Counted from the first letter of the whole stretch, positions 11,911-24,710 are shown. The stretch is DNA of 61,433 bases, filler included, from Choristocarpus tenellus KU-1152 (GCA_964200185.2; 9 parts of 9 records of this genome joined end to end with filler, not necessarily neighbours in it); one strand, 5' to 3'. Made by a program: numbers and translations. Notes: generated by a model not told the origin, from the letters alone.

Positions 11911-14441
11911 ATATGACCCATGTGTTTCAAGCAGACCCTGAGAGGCCTCATTGCAGTTACTCCCTCAATGAGGCCATGATAACGAAAATATACTGAAGCC
12001 TTTGAACCACTCTCTCAAGTTTGTCATTTTTGAATCACAGTCACAGAGTCAAGAGTCCTGAAAATTGTCCATCTACTTGAAGAAAGATGCACCTTGTATG
12101 CATTATTACTCTTGAACAACCCATTAGCTACAAGTCCCTACTCTCTATGTACAGTTGGAAGAAGGATTGTCACAGAACTCAGTTGTTGGGGAGTGAACAG
12201 GGGTAGAGACAATTTCCACTGGAGAGCGAACAATACATAATCCAATATTGGATCTGAGGACACATCCCATACCAAAGTGCCAGAGAGTGAACGGTGCCGA
12301 AATGTAGAGCAAAGATGGTAGATGAACGTACCACAAACATATCCAAAATGTACTTAGGTAGGCACCAGGTATTACTTCTACCAGAAGGGGCTACAGACCT
12401 CCGGACTGCAATCGCTGCTCCATGTCATAGATATCGTCCTTCTCACAGGGCGGTCATGGTCAATCACGGTACCTAGCCAGATCTGTATTCGGGCAATTGC
12501 AGGAAAGGACTTGTTGAATGCACATGGTCTTAGTCGTAGCTGAGTTCATTTCAAACCTCTCATTTCGACCAGATCAATTTTTTGAGATTACCTACGTAGT
12601 TCACTCCATAATTGAAGTACACAGAGTGGTTGCCTGAGAATGGGTATCAAATCTGGTGGTATTTTTGGGACTTTGTGGAGGGAAGGGGATGGCACCTCAT
12701 TTTAGGACCACTGAGCAGTGTTGGGTAAGAGGCGACTACAGCGCCGGATCCATGTTTTTCATTTATGTTTCAAAAAGGCCATAGGGGATGGTAGTAGTCT
12801 TTGAAAGGGACTGAGATTTGGAGGGTGTAGTTCATATTGTTGAAGAAGTGGCAGAAATTATGGAAGGGATTGATAGGTGTAACCATCAGTACATATTGAT
12901 ACATACAGCAACTTCTCCCCTAATGTCAGGGGTGGCCCTTGCTTGCCTTCCGGTTAGAGCCACTGCTGAAGGAAGATGAATGAAACTCCCCAAAGAAGAT
13001 CTTGGTCGCATGTACTGTCTGCATTGGCCAGGACAAGTAGATGACCAAAGACGTGAGGGTGAAAGATTAGCAGCCTTTTGTCACACCCCTTTCATCTTCC
13101 TGATATCTTGAGCTGGGGAGGTGAGAGTCCAAAACCGTCCCTGAAGGTTGCATGAGAGAAACTCTCTTCTACGAGGTACAAATCCACCACCAGAATGGCC
13201 AATCAATCTGAGGAGCCCATAATATCAGTTTGTGTGGTGTTCGAGCCTGATATTTTCATTAGCTGACATGAATATCAATACTGAAGTAACTTAGAAATAG
13301 ACATATAAGAGAACTTCGTTGAGTTGGATTTTGTTGGTCGTTCTGTCGAGACCTTCTCGTCACCTCTTCTGTGCCGACCTCAAACTGGAGTACATGCTCG
13401 TTCTCAACTCCATCTAGATCTTCGCAGTTGAGAGTTCCTATGTCAATGCTGTTTACTTGCAGACGACAGAAGGCGGTGGATATTGGTTTGTCGAAGTGTC
13501 ACAGGATGATCCTTAGCACTAAGTACGGATGAGCGTTTCTCGACATATGATATGTTCGTTTGAATATCTCGTTGGGGGCAAACTGTAGGTTCTAAGGACC
13601 CAAGAAGAAGTTTCTGCTTATTCCATATCGACCGCATTAGGCCTTTTTTGCCAGAACCTCGTTGCTACTGCTTGTGTGCACGTGGCAGAAGGAGGTTAGC
13701 ATGTGTATGACTGTCAACGCCCTCGTCCAGACAGGCAATGGAAAAAGGGAATAACAACGACGAAAACCAACTCGTTCGGGGTGGACAAACGAGAATGATG
13801 GACGCTGCAGATTTCTATTTGAATTGTCTTACCTGTTACAAGTTCATCAACCTCAAGCATTGGTACGATGTCATACGTAGCCGAGCACCCAACCTGATCC
13901 CCATCGGTGCAGCCTGCTGGTCTAAGATTTTCAATACCCAAACTCTCCACCTTCCCTAGGCCCCATAGGGCTTGCCCCACCAGTGCAGTGGCTGTCACAA
14001 ATCTCTCGCACCACGGCATTCCCTACGCCTGAAGTATTACGTTTGATTATTGGGGATTGTGAAGTCAACTCATTGAATCCTTCTTGAGCAAGAGAAACGG
14101 TCAAGGACCGTTACCATACGTGGCAACGCTTACTCCAATATCGCACTTTTTCGAGGAGAACGGCAACTTGAACCTTCAACCTCTCCACTCATTAATTAAA
14201 TGTATTATTATTCTTTCACTACTTTCTTTCATTGAATATATATCTATTGGCATCCTTGTAACTAAGTGGTTAGAGAAATTGTGACCTCTGTCAATTTATA
14301 GGGGGTTGGAGACTCTTGGAGGTCACTTTTTTTTCACAAAAATCTGGTTTCGATTACTCTGTTCCATGTGAGAGGTACAACGGATTGTACACCTATTTAT
14401 ATTTATTTATGTAGCAGTTAAAACATTACTACTTTGTAGTT

Positions 14442-14624
14442 GGCTCAAAGTATCTGGGGGGGGATGTGGTGGCTGTTCATTTGAGGTCAATTTTTTCATG
14501 TCGCGATTTTTGGGTGATTTGGTTGCATACGTCCGATGGAAAATGTGAATGCATTTTTCCTGATTTTAGTCGAAATGGACACCCTGGTGTAGACCCCCCT
14601 CCTCCCCCCCAGATACTTTGGGTG
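14442..14624. mobile_element. MITE subfamily D, full-length copy (about 183 bp)
   Basis: GGCTCAAAGTATCTGGGGGGGG ... CCCCCCCAGATACTTTGGGTG terminal inverted repeats; interior shared with 27869-28016 and (inverted) 22310-22516; no clean TSD. Confidence 0.85.
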
Positions 14625-14769
14625 AGGTACCGATCTTAAAGTGGGCGTTGTTGTATCTTTTGCGTAGCGACAACAAGTAGTAGTAACAGATTCTGATGTT
14701 TTACAGCAATCCTTGTGACGTAGTTTTGGTTAGTGGGTCTCTCCAGACGTGTCATGCAGTTTCAAACTA

Positions 14770-15060
14770 GAGGCACCAGACAGGTAGGAAAGAAAGTCCT
14801 ATCAGATTCGTGGGATGCTTCCCTAGCTCCTTGCGTATCTTCATAGGACTAAGGGAATTTGGAAGCATAATCGTAGAGTACATAATTCTTAACAATGAAC
14901 AACCTTCAAAAGGGAACATTATTGCAATGTTGGTTTTCAAATAGAAGATATTTCTTTGAGATAGGTACCTTTGGATTAACGACAACTGTTACTGTTACTT
15001 TTTCACCTGTTGTGGTACACCTTGGTTTTTCCCTCACACACCTGCGAAATGTCAGAGGCT
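14770..15060. repeat. Dispersed repeat family E, copy 1
   Basis: Shares GGGATGCTTCCCTAGCTCC and TTGGTTTTTCCC..ACACA..AAATGTCAGAGG with 46190-46440. Confidence 0.7.
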
Positions 15061-15439
15061 ACATTAGTATGTGTGCGTGTGTATACAGTGCTTCCTCTGT
15101 TCGAAATTAAATATAGCATGACTTTTGCAAGCTCTATTCTTGCCCAGGAACAATCATGTGTTAAACCCTCTACACCAGGCTTATTTCTCATTTGGATTGG
15201 GAGGCGTGCATAGTTTGATATGGTAGACTGTCATGACTGTGGAGGATCACCATTCCAAGTTAACCGAGTTGCACTTGTTGGGGTTCAAAAACCTCGTGAC
15301 ACTCTCAAAGCAGGTGTTTATTGAGATGCCTACGACGAAGCCCCCTATCTTTCTAACAGCTTGCTCATCCCATCATTGCCCGTCAGTACCAATTCTGTGA
15401 TCCAGAAGTCTGCCTGGGGTCAGGACTCAAGCACCCTGA

Positions 15440-16150
15440 TGAAGAGTAGTGTGATGGCGCAATGACTGGAAGCAAATGGGCATAAGAATTGGATACCTTG
15501 GGGGATGGTGGCAGCCATCGCAGAAAACTTCAGAATTTCTCAAATCACTGTGTTCTGTCATCTGAAGGAGTATGACAGCCAGAATGCACGGGGTGAATGC
15601 ATAGGCCTTGTACGACGTTGCAACGGGCAATGTGGCCACCATATAACTATCCTTGATGTTTGGGATGTCCCATCAGTACATCACACATCCTTCGACAAAT
15701 GGGTGGCCGAAGCTGGTGTCTCCCTTCCTCATTGTGGAATTTGTGCAAGCGTGAGAGGTGAAGAAGGCCAAGCGGTGTATAAGCCAGTCCTACCAGACCA
15801 GCAGAAAGTCAACAGAATGGGTTGCGTCAACCAGCCAAACAAATACACAGGAGGGGGGGAAGTGGGATATTAGTGGACAATCTGTATGACTGGGTGCACG
15901 TGGACGAGAAGTGGATTATGTCCTCAAAGATGGGCAAGGTGTATACCTGCACTCCGCTGAGGACCCCCCCCAAACCCTCACGGGCACAGAACAAGCGTAA
16001 CATTAAGAAGACAATGTTTCTTGCACCTGTGGCCCACCCCAGGAAGCTCTTCAATGGGGGGTGGTTCGATGGGAAAATCGGGATCTGGTCAATCGTGGAC
16101 ACTAAGGTCTCTCAGTGCTTCAGTAAATACTGTCTCAAGGGCACCAAGGT
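15440..16150 (+). mobile_element. Mariner (DD39D, plant/oomycete-type) transposase relic, N-terminal and catalytic part, frameshifted
   Basis: WVHVDEKWI, NKRNIKKTMFLAPVAHPR and WFDGKIGIWS match DD39D consensus motifs (HIDEKWF, KVMFLAAVARPR, FDGKIGIWP); HTH-like AIAENFRISQITVF upstream. Confidence 0.88.
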
Positions 16151-16202
16151 GAGTTAAAGTATCTAAGAGGGTACGAGTTTTGCCCTGTTTGTCCATTTGG
16201 GG
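16151..16202. mobile_element. MITE subfamily C (inverted) inserted into the mariner relic, truncated by contig end
   Basis: GAGTTAAAGTATCTAAGAGGGTACGAGTTTTG closely matches the reverse complement of the right end of 25600-25852. Confidence 0.8.
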
Positions 16203-16302
16203 NNNNNNNNNNNNNNNNNNNNNNNNNNNNNNNNNNNNNNNNNNNNTTAATTAATTAANNNNNNNNNNNNNNNNNNNNNNNNNNNNNNNNNNNNNNNNNN
16301 NN
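16203..16302. other. Artificial contig linker
   Basis: N44-TTAATTAATTAA-N44. Confidence 0.97.
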
Positions 16303-16377
16303 AAAAGTGAAAATACAAAAAAGGGTGAAAAACCGCCTCCCCCCCCCCCCCCCCCCCCCCACCCGATACTTTGATCC
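16303..16377. mobile_element. MITE subfamily D, right end
   Basis: poly-C followed by GATACTTTGATCC. Confidence 0.6.
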
Positions 16378-16684
16378 TAGAGTGGAAAGCAGAGTCCATG
16401 GTGGTTACGGGGAGCCTTGTCCATTTTTTTGCTGGCTGAAGTGAAGGTTGATAAACTTGCCTGGCCTGTGGTTGTTGCTTGGTGGTACTATGCCTGTGCC
16501 TGAGCAGGAGTGGTGGGATTGTGATGGTGTGTGGAGGATAAGTCTCTTTAATCCTTTCAGAAGGGGGCAAACTTTTCTCAACCCAGTCGTATCCTTGTTG
16601 GGTTGACTGTCGAATTGGATACGACTGCCGACGACTGACTGTATGGTTGTATTCATTTTTTTTGTTTTTAGACTATTCGATTGG

Positions 16685-16788
16685 ATTAGGGTTAGGGTTA
16701 GGGTTCTTCTCTGAGAGATTACTAATAGGGAGCGGTTCATCTCATTCAGACCCAATGCACTTAAGATGGGTAGAAGGTTAGGGTTAGG
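16685..16788 (+). repeat. Short interstitial TTAGGG tracts
   Basis: (TTAGGG)3 near 16686 and GGTTAGGGTTAGG near 16776. Confidence 0.75.
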
Positions 16789-16872
16789 TACTCTACTTGA
16801 GAGTGCACATGATGTTTTGCTTTCCCAAGGCAACATCCCTGTGAGTTAGTTGCTTGGTGTATGTAAGGATGA

Positions 16873-17075
16873 AGATTCTGGTCAAATTGATCGTCTTATT
16901 TTTGTTTATGAAAGGAAGGTTCTTGTCAAATTGATCATCTTGTCTTGTTTATGAATGAGAGATTTTAGTCATATTGATCATCTTGTTTTGTTTATGAATG
17001 AGAGAGAGATTTTAGTCATATTGATCATCTTGTCTTGTTTATGAATGAGAGATTCTGGTCAAATGATCGTCTTGC
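16873..17075. repeat. Degenerate tandem repeat, about 42-bp unit, about 5 copies
   Basis: GTCA(A/T)ATTGATC(A/G)TCTTGTCTTGTTTATGAATGAGAGAT repeated. Confidence 0.85.
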
Positions 17076-17128
17076 CTTCAATTTTGATGTGAAGTTGAGG
17101 TTTGATCCTGCATGCGCTTTATTTTTTT

Positions 17129-17485
17129 TTAACAAAGTAACCGAGAGGTACCCTACCCATTTTTTTGTCATTTTGCAGTATAATATAATATAATACAATA
17201 CAATACAATATAATACAAACATCAGTTTTTGAGTCTTTTGTAATTTACACATACTTCTACATCTGTGGGTGTAAGTGCCAATGGATGTAGTGCTTTTTTT
17301 TTTCTCGAGTGAGTTGATTTATCTTTTTTTTTGTGGAAGTTTTCTACACAATTTTTTTATTTATGAAATATTCCTCTTACCCACATTTGGAAAAAAAAAT
17401 CCGTTTTTTTTGTTTTTGTTTTTTGAGGTGTATTTTTCCAGCATTGTTAATACACAAACCTCGATAACTCTGTCTACTTTGACTC
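17129..17485. mobile_element. MITE-like element with the shared terminal motif (longer, AT-rich variant)
   Basis: Left CAAAGTAACCGAGAGGTACC, right CTCTGTCTACTTTGACTC; left tip eroded. Confidence 0.55.
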
Positions 17486-17801
17486 ATGCCCTTGGGACAC
17501 CTTGGGACACAACTGTGAGTAGAGGGAGAGGGAGATTTGGAATAGATATCCAGACCAAACTATTTTTTTTTGCAAAGTTAAAACGAAAAGAGTCAGTCTA
17601 ATGACAAAAGTGTGTAGAATGTCATATGTTGTCTGACCTAAGAAAAAGCAACCTCTGTTCAAAGGAGGAAGTTGTTGATAAAGCCATATCGAATCGGAGG
17701 TGTGTTTAGCAATACTAGGTTATGAAGATGGAAGATCGTGTGCAGAAGATGAGGGATTCTTTGAACTTGGAATTAATTCTTTTTAACATCCGTAGAGATT
17801 A

Positions 17802-17856
17802 AGGGTTGGGGTTGGGGTTGGGGTTAGGGTTAGGGTTAGGGTTAGGGTTAGGGTTA
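17802..17856 (+). repeat. Interstitial telomere-like repeat (TTGGGG)3(TTAGGG)5
   Basis: Direct reading. Confidence 0.9.
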
Positions 17857-18247
17857 AAGATACCTGTCGTGGTATTTTCTGATCCTTGACCGACCGCTGT
17901 CTTCCTGTGTCCTTCCAACCAGTTTGCAGTGGAGTTAATGGCGACATATGTTGATAACACCACAACCCTGATGGAGATAGCTAGCAGAAGGGACACAACA
18001 AAAGAGACCATGGGGATGTTCGTAAATGATCTGCAGGCGTTGGGGTCGAAGGGGATAATCTCTTCTGAGCAGGTGCGTTGTGTGCCCCGCCCTCAAAGAC
18101 GGAAATGATCTGATGGCTACCTTGGAATGTGGGTGTATGTGGGGTGTACAGCCTGACTGCAGTAGTGTTTTTTAGTACTATTTTTTTTAATACTATTTTT
18201 TTACTGCTTTTATTATTTCATTGAAATGAGATGGAAGTATGACGATT

Positions 18248-18283
18248 GTTTAGGGTTAGGGTTAGGGTTAGGGATAGGGTTAG
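18248..18283 (+). repeat. Interstitial telomere-like repeat, about 6 TTAGGG units
   Basis: TTTAGGGTTAGGGTTAGGGTTAGGGATAGGGTTAG. Confidence 0.9.
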
Positions 18284-20002
18284 CGCTTGAGAACTGATGC
18301 CGTGTCGAAGGTTGAGTAGTGTCTGTGAGACTCATGCAGTGCTCAGGTGCCCAGGAGTGAGACAAGCTCCTCTCAGGTCTTGAGTTATCTCATTGGTTGG
18401 GTCACTTGTTGAATCATTGAATAGCAATCACATGGACACTATTATGTTTGGGGGGAATGTCTCTGTGCCCTCCTAAGTGTGTCACTGAGCCCTTCTGGCC
18501 TTCAAACTCAAGTTCTTGTACTGTTCCGACTGGATGTATGCTGTGTTTTTTATGCACTTGATGGCATCCCCAACAGACTGCCCTTTGTTGTTGTATGGAT
18601 GACAACTGTGTTGACAACTGTGTTGAGATTATGTATTGACCACTGGCATGTTTTGTGAACATAATGTGCATTGTGTCCAGAACTTGGTAGCAGTACAATT
18701 TAAAATGATGGTACTATTGCTGTACTGCTTGCAACCCCCATGAGGAATGATCGTTGACAACGCTGTGTAGGTAGGTGGTTGCACTGCCCAATATCACACT
18801 AGGGGTCGATATCACCCAATCATTCCTGCCCCTGTCACTGAATGTTGAGGCATCAATCACAAGTACAGGGCATCATTTGTAGTACTCTGTCTTGAGATCA
18901 CTGGTATGCAATCACCATATATGATGGTTGTGGCGCACTCCTAGTCCTTAGCTGGGATGTTTTCACCAATGTAGTCAAGAGTCAACAGGAAAGGGCTGTT
19001 TGAGAGAATTCGCCTACCCTCTGCTGTTGGTGACACACGGTTTAGTCTCATGTACATCAGTGTTTTGTGCTGCTTATTGAAGTACACTATCAAGTAAGTT
19101 ATTTGGTGGTGAACTGCGACTGTGTGAGCAATGCATTGAGCTGTCTGTATTATGGTTCAAGGAGCTGCAACACGTACCAGTGCCATATACACCAATGCGT
19201 GCGTGCGTGCGTGTGTGTGTGTATGTGTCAGAAGGGAAACTCCCTTGAACAGAATCTTTGCTACCCTGAACGTTTTATTATTTTACTATGCAGCAACCAC
19301 AACTAGTGCCACATTTAAGTTTTATCAAATTTACTCTATATAGTGTGACGCTAGTGTAAGCGATGGAGACTGTCTTGAGATGAATCATAATAGACCTGTA
19401 CCATTTGTTTTCCCATTTTTTTCCCCATTTTTTTTGTCCAGTTTGTCGATTGAGAAAGTGATCCCTCGGTGGGGGATGTTCTCCTTGATATTGATGGGTT
19501 TGGTGTTGGCGTGTGCCACTGGTCGGTCTTTACGCAACAGTCATGGGATAGTTTCAAGCCAACGAAGATTTGACTTTTTCCAAAATATAGTTCTCTGACG
19601 TTGGTGGCTGGTGATACTTGCTTTCTGGCTGCATTTCAGGTCAAGTTGGCGCCTTGTTCAGGTACTGTTCCCCATTTAGCATCCTTGATGTGTCGCCATA
19701 ACAAGTGTATTAGTGGGGTTTGTTGCCTATTCAGTTATTGAATTTTTGATAATTATGTTATCTTGAGGATGAAAAGGTCGCCATACCAAGGTCATAGTGC
19801 CCCTCGGATAGTATCTCCCTGATGATGCCCCTCAGGTCTCCATTTACTCGCTGTGTATCAACTACTTCTACTGGATTTCTTTCACTGACTTCTATCCAAG
19901 CAGCTCATCCTCTTTCATTGAGGGGCTCTTCCATAATATCAACGTGATGGTATTTCTATTGGCACATACTGCAAAGCAGACATACAACACACTACTGCAC
20001 CT

Positions 20003-20033
<31 letters not shown>

Positions 20034-20217
20034 TCTGTTCGCCTGGGCCGTCACCTACTACATACATAGTATACCTACCCAGTAGGCAAGAGGTTGGGAG
20101 AATACCCCTTCACTTTCAAAACTTCGAATTGCCGTGTCTTTGATACTCTTATGCTTCCCCTTTGCCAGTTACAGACCATGTACTGACTGAGCTTCTCACG
20201 TCCCCCCCTTCCTATAG

Positions 20218-21255
20218 ATGGTGAGACTGCTGCACGTGAGAAATAAGAGCGATGACCAAAATTCCATAATGCTGGCTGCCCAGTACGGTATGGTTGAATC
20301 TTGCTTGGTTCTTGTAGAGTTTGCAGCACTCTCAGGATGTGACCTTGATGCGAAAAGTGCTGGTCATGTCAGCAAGAGAAAGTCCGCCACCTACATGGCC
20401 TTGGACCGGACAGATGGGGCTGACCTTGACATCATCGCTGCTCTCGTACAGCACGGAGCGGTTCCTACGTCTCAGGTCATCATTACCCTGATTCGGAAAG
20501 CCCATGACATTGGGTCCTTTTCCGAGGACAGACTGGTGCATAGCTTGCTGGGTGCCGTGTCATCGGCCCGCAACCCGCTAATCCCTGGTGTGAACCTTTC
20601 GAAGGCCTTGGGTGATGCTGGCCTCCGAGGGCCTGAGACCCGAACAGTGGTACTGCGTTTGCGGGAAGTTGTGGATGATCTTCTGCTAAGGGAGCTGGAG
20701 CGGCTCCCCCCAACCGTTCGGAGTATTGCTGGGACAAATTCTGAGATCGAGAAGGGAAGACAGAAGGTTGCCTCGATCCTAGAACCTGAGCGCCGGGGGG
20801 GAAGGCACAAGTACTTTACGGGACCTCTGCGTACGGCTGTGGATGGACGACAGCTCTATTTCTGCAGCAACTCTCTTGTGTTGGACTACCTGACTCTGAA
20901 GTTTGGATGCGGAGTTCCGGGCTTCCTGGACGTCTGGAGCACGCCAGATGACCAGGAAAAGGAGTTTTTACAAGCGCAGGGCTTGTTCCTCAGCGATGAT
21001 TGGTTTGGAGAAGAAGTTCAGGGAAGAGGCGATGATGCCGCCGACGATGAGAGTTTGACCATATATCCGGGGATGCAATTCATTTTGGCCGGTGTGGCTG
21101 CCAACTCCGTGTCCTTCTACAATGTGCCCGCTTCGAGGATGACTTTTGAGTTTGTCATGTCAGTGGCCATGCTGATCCTGTTTAGCTCGGACGCGGTTCT
21201 GATCGATGACAAGAAGATAGGTCCTGGCGAGGCTATATTTTTCCTCTACGTATTG
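20218..21255 (+). CDS. Ankyrin-repeat TRP-family cation channel, internal exon (ankyrin repeats to S1-S2)
   Basis: Pyrimidine-rich acceptor cctatag|ATG; ankyrin-like NSIMLAAQYGMVESCLVLVE and DIIAALVQHGA; FYNVPASRMTFEFVMSVAMLILFS (pre-S1/S1); EAIFFLYVL; donor ttg|gtacgt. Confidence 0.82.
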
Positions 21256-21681
21256 GTACGTATTGAATGAACGTATCGTATGCATTCGCCTCTCTCTTTG
21301 ATAGTGATATGTATGTATATATGTATGTATGTGTAATTTGTACTTCGCTTTGTTGTTTTGGAAGTTTTCAAGTTCTAGACCCTCGGTACAAAGTACATCC
21401 TGTCTTTTTTTTTGTGGCAAGTACTCGCAGGGTATAGGTAGGTACAATGTAGTGCATTTGATTTATTCCGATACGAACTTGCCATATTTTTTTTTCCGTT
21501 GACTTATGAAGTGATAGATACGTACATGTGTGTAGCTAGCTAGGCTGGCCTCTGCCTGTCCAGAACCATCTGATTGATTTTGTTTTGTCTTTTGATTCTT
21601 ATCTCCGTCTAGAACTGTTGTTTCGGTGAATCCCTCCTCTCTGTCCACGCTGTCTCCGCCTTCCATGTCTCCTTGAGCAAG

Positions 21682-21963
21682 GGTTCAATAATGTCTGAAT
21701 TGGAAGAAGCGCGTCAGGGATACCTAAGGAGTTATTTCGACAACAATTGGAACAAGATGGACATTCTTCTCCTGCTGTTGCTGTCCATGGCGCTCATTTT
21801 CCGTGTTGCGTCCTCGGCGACTTATGAGGATGAGGAGAGCTTGAACGGTGACTGGAGTATTTCCTTCCTGTCGCAGTTTTTCATTGCTATGAGTGGTCCC
21901 ATTTTTTTCTCGCGGCTCCTCTTCTTTGCTCGGATATTCCCATCCCAGGGACCGATGGTTCAG
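21682..21963 (+). CDS. TRP-family channel, next exon (S2-S4 and S4-S5 linker)
   Basis: GSIMSELEE..YFDNNWNKMD (WNxxD motif), RLLFFARIFPSQGPMVQ (S4-S5 GP motif); aag|GGT acceptor and cag|gttagc donor. Confidence 0.85.
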
Positions 21964-22309
21964 GTTAGCTAAGAGGTTTCTCGGCGATTTTCGAGATAGC
22001 CTTTCATGCTGTTTTGCTCTATCTGGCGATGTGCCGCAGTTGGTAGGTATGTCTATTTTTTCGTGATAAATGTGTGTATGGAAAGAGGATAGGTAGGAGA
22101 TGTGTCGAGGTTACTTCTTTTTTTTTTAATCGTGCAGCTTGAGGCTGCAGAGCATTAGATACACTCATGGTTGAATTCCTGGAGGTGCATTGGGCTCGAA
22201 GTATGGGAGGGGGGGGAGGTGTTTCGGGGTTGCTTTTTTTTTTTTTAGTGGTGCTGCTGGAGGCGGCGGAGCATTAGGTAGATTTTTGGTTTTTTTCGTG
22301 GGGGTGGTT

Positions 22310-22516
22310 TGGGGGGGAGGAGGGGGGGGGGGGGGGGGGGTGTACACCAGGGTGTCCATTTAGGCCCTGACCAGGAAAAGTGCACTTACATTATCCATTT
22401 GACACATAAAACCAAATCACCCAAAAATTGCGACATGGAAAAATCGGTCCCAAATGGACAGCTGCCCCCCCCCCCCCCCCCCCCCCCCACCCCCCCCGCC
22501 CATCGCCCCCCACCGC
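22310..22516. mobile_element. MITE subfamily D, inverted copy with expanded G/C tracts
   Basis: ACACCAGGGTGTCCATTT...AAATCACCCAAAAATTGCGACATGGAAAAAT matches the reverse complement of the 14442-14624 interior. Confidence 0.8.
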
Positions 22517-22616
22517 NNNNNNNNNNNNNNNNNNNNNNNNNNNNNNNNNNNNNNNNNNNNTTAATTAATTAANNNNNNNNNNNNNNNNNNNNNNNNNNNN
22601 NNNNNNNNNNNNNNNN
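22517..22616. other. Artificial contig linker
   Basis: N44-TTAATTAATTAA-N44. Confidence 0.97.
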
Positions 22617-23081
22617 ACCCCAACCCGGACAATCTTGCTATCAATAACAATGTAAAATCATTACAAGGACTTGCTCAGGAACCAATCTACCATCTTCTAG
22701 ATTTCTCTTCTCTCACACAGATAATCACATCACTCTCTCCTCTGTGAAGAATTCTCCCAGTACTCTGGAACACACCCTACTGACACTTCACCTCGTTGCC
22801 CATCTCCACATACCACTCTACAATTTCTACCTCTTCTCCCTCACACGATAACCCGCCCCCTTTTGTCCTACCAACCAACCTCCAAACACAGGTCAACCAC
22901 GTCCTCACCCGGCCACCTTTCCCCCCCAACAAGGAGCGTGCCTATACCAATTGCCACTGGTCACCCATACCTGGATAGTGGTAGCTGCGTCCTCTCTTTG
23001 CTGGGTAAGTTGAGCTTCATGCCTGCACAAGAGAAGAGGCAGTGGGATGTATGTTGGATATTGCCACTATATGCTGGAGTA
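22617..23081 (+). repeat. Near-identical direct repeat, copy 1 (465 bp, begins at contig start)
   Basis: Matches 24711-25175; one substitution noticed (GAGCGTG vs GAGCATG). Confidence 0.95.
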
Positions 23082-24308
23082 TGTGATGGTGCTACTATAA
23101 GCATTTGTTTTTTTTGGAATAGATGGCGGATCTACAGACTCGCCCCTCTCCCTCGGTACAAATACAGAAACTGCACGCCCTTGCTACAACATTGAGTTTT
23201 TGTCTGAATCATTGCTTTGTCAACTCTCGCATTATCACCAACCCCACAAAGAAAGAAAAAAGAAGAAGTAATGCTCACGAAACTGAGGTTTCTGTGTGTG
23301 CATACCCTACCCTGTACATGATGCCAAACAAGTACCATGAGATGACAACCATCGATCAAGCCCTGTCCCAAATTGACATGTTTGCGACCGTGATGTTGAT
23401 TAGTACACATGCTACACCATTATCCGTACATGAACACACCCGAAGCAGCTGGAGGTCGAACTGGAATGGACCATGCAGTGCTAAGGATCTAGCAAATATC
23501 AATATTTCCAAATGAAGACTCTAAAGCACCCTCAACCATGACACCCACACAATATCTTTTGTCAAACGTTCTTGCAGATTTCCCAAAATGTAATCACACA
23601 ATGAAGGACAAAGTGTTGTACTGCACATACTGAATGGACAACATCAATGATTTCAGAAATGTTCAATATATCAGATGAATAAATGTGCTTTATGCTCAAC
23701 AGTAGTGAGTAGCACACAAAGGAATTCTGATATAGAAGCAAACAAAAACCTTTGCAAATATGCATTGTGCTCCCTTCGCTGGGGAAGTTTAAAGCAGGAT
23801 TCTGTAGCCCTCTACACAGCCAAGTCACTTCCTGTATTGCACCGCATGCACGACACAAACCAAATGCATCAGAGAGACAGGGACCACCTCATTGGCCAAA
23901 ATATCAAGGACTGGCCCCAATACCCAGGAACATTAACTATACGAAGAGAGCCCAGTCATTGTTTGGAGTTGAGTAGGACAAAATATTTGGTGGTAATTGG
24001 TCAGGACATACACATACATCAGAGTATCAGAGTATTGGGAATAGGTCTTGGGTGAGAACTTCTTGTGTTTACCCACAACAGTGTGAACACTACTAATGAA
24101 TGAGGTTGAAGGGCCGTTGATTTGTCGCTACCGTGGCACAATTTGCTGTCCTTTGTCAAACGCATGTCAAGGTAGCCCTGTCATTGTATCATTCCTACTA
24201 TTCCTCAGTCACTCTCTAGTGGGTGTACACTTATACAACCAATCCAAACACAAAGTGAACAAAAAACACCAACTTCTCCATTGCAACACCAGTCAAGACC
24301 AAACTCAC

Positions 24309-24421
24309 CTCCGGATGACCGCCCTCCTGGCCAACCATGCTCTAAAGTTTGCCTGCATTCTGGCAACTGCAGACCTCAACTCCATCAGCAATCGCCAGGC
24401 CGCTCTCTGCCTCACCAACGC
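24309..24421 (-). CDS. IQ-motif (calmodulin-binding) protein, exon
   Basis: ctaac branch point and gtcag| acceptor; ALVRQRAAWR..AVARMQANFRAWLARR (IQ-like); donor AG|GTGAGT. Confidence 0.7.
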
Positions 24422-24710
24422 CTGACAACATGTTAGGAGTTTGGAGGAGGAAGGCCGGCTGGTCGTGAGGGCTTGTTTGAAGGTGGGAAAAATACCAATC
24501 ACTCAGGAGGAGGACCCTGGAAATAGTGAGAAATGCTATAGGGAGTGCTCCTGTGAGATACGCCTGATCCAGTCGTTTTGGACAAATCAAATACCCCAAA
24601 AATCAACACCTTTGATGTTGTCAATTCATACTACCTCATACACACTGCCATATTCAGAGGCGTCCACATCCCGGCCAATCCACACACTTCACTTCGTGAT
24701 TCTGTAGTAC

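Noticed and set aside
11530-14050. Retroelement ORF on the minus strand of contig 4
   Set aside because: Looks like decayed coding DNA, but no motif was convincing enough to assign a class.
17802-18283. True chromosome end
   Set aside because: The tracts are short and internal, with unique sequence on both sides; the NPNP and LTLT ORFs are just repeat translations.
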